From the NCBI RefSeq assembly GCF_001194135.2, contig NC_068994.1, forward strand, positions 17,193,085 through 17,257,084: 64,000 nucleotides of DNA, given 5' to 3'. A program made the translations under genes and the position numbers. Shown piece after piece: positions 63,835 to 64,000 of this stretch (position 1 is its first letter; each line of letters starts with the position of its first letter). Under the pieces are notes generated by a model that saw only the letters and a program-made list of their open reading frames with translations, made no database searches and was not told the DNA's origin. The stretch comes from Octopus bimaculoides (lineage: Eukaryota).

Positions 63835-64000
63835 TGCTGTAGGCACAAGGCCTGAAATTTTGAGGGAGGGGACTAGTCAATTACATCGACCACAGTCCTT
63901 AACTGGCACTTAATTTATCGACCCTGTGAAAGGCTGAAAGGTAAAGTTGAACTCAGAACGTTGTGACGGGTGAAATACCACTAAGCATTTCATCCAACGT
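63835..64000 (-). mobile_element. SINE family C, runs off the window end
   Basis: ggcacaaggcctgaaattttgagggagggg...gaactcagaacg. Confidence 0.8.

Overview
AT-rich animal genomic DNA from a draft assembly with nine N-gaps. The SINE/RTE repertoire and dense (TA)n, (CA)n and (GA)n microsatellites suggest an octopus or other cephalopod (inference from recognised repeat families). Almost all recognisable sequence is decayed transposon. Non-LTR retroelements: several RTE copies, a CR1/L2-group ORF2, a gag-like CCHC ORF1, an R2-Hero REL element and a Penelope GIY-YIG element. DNA transposons: Merlin, DD41D and DD37D (maT) Tc1/mariner remnants, hAT, piggyBac and pogo-like MITEs, a DINE/Helentron-like element and a Helitron-like STPR-repeat ORF. 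There are also four tRNA-derived SINE families (labelled A-D here). No complete host gene, rRNA, tRNA gene or CRISPR array is supported; only a few isolated candidate exons and two promoter-like CpG patches. The most unusual structures are: a degenerate SLC16/MCT-like pseudogene folded into a 275-bp inverted repeat next to a double E-box/CCAAT promoter; an RTE with a twin-priming-type 5' inversion; an RTE insertion with an apparent template jump; hammerhead-like motifs in (TA)n-embedded elements; and a spliced-looking Helitron STPR 5' end. All family assignments come from motif recognition by eye, with no database search. Most boundaries are approximate to within tens of bases.
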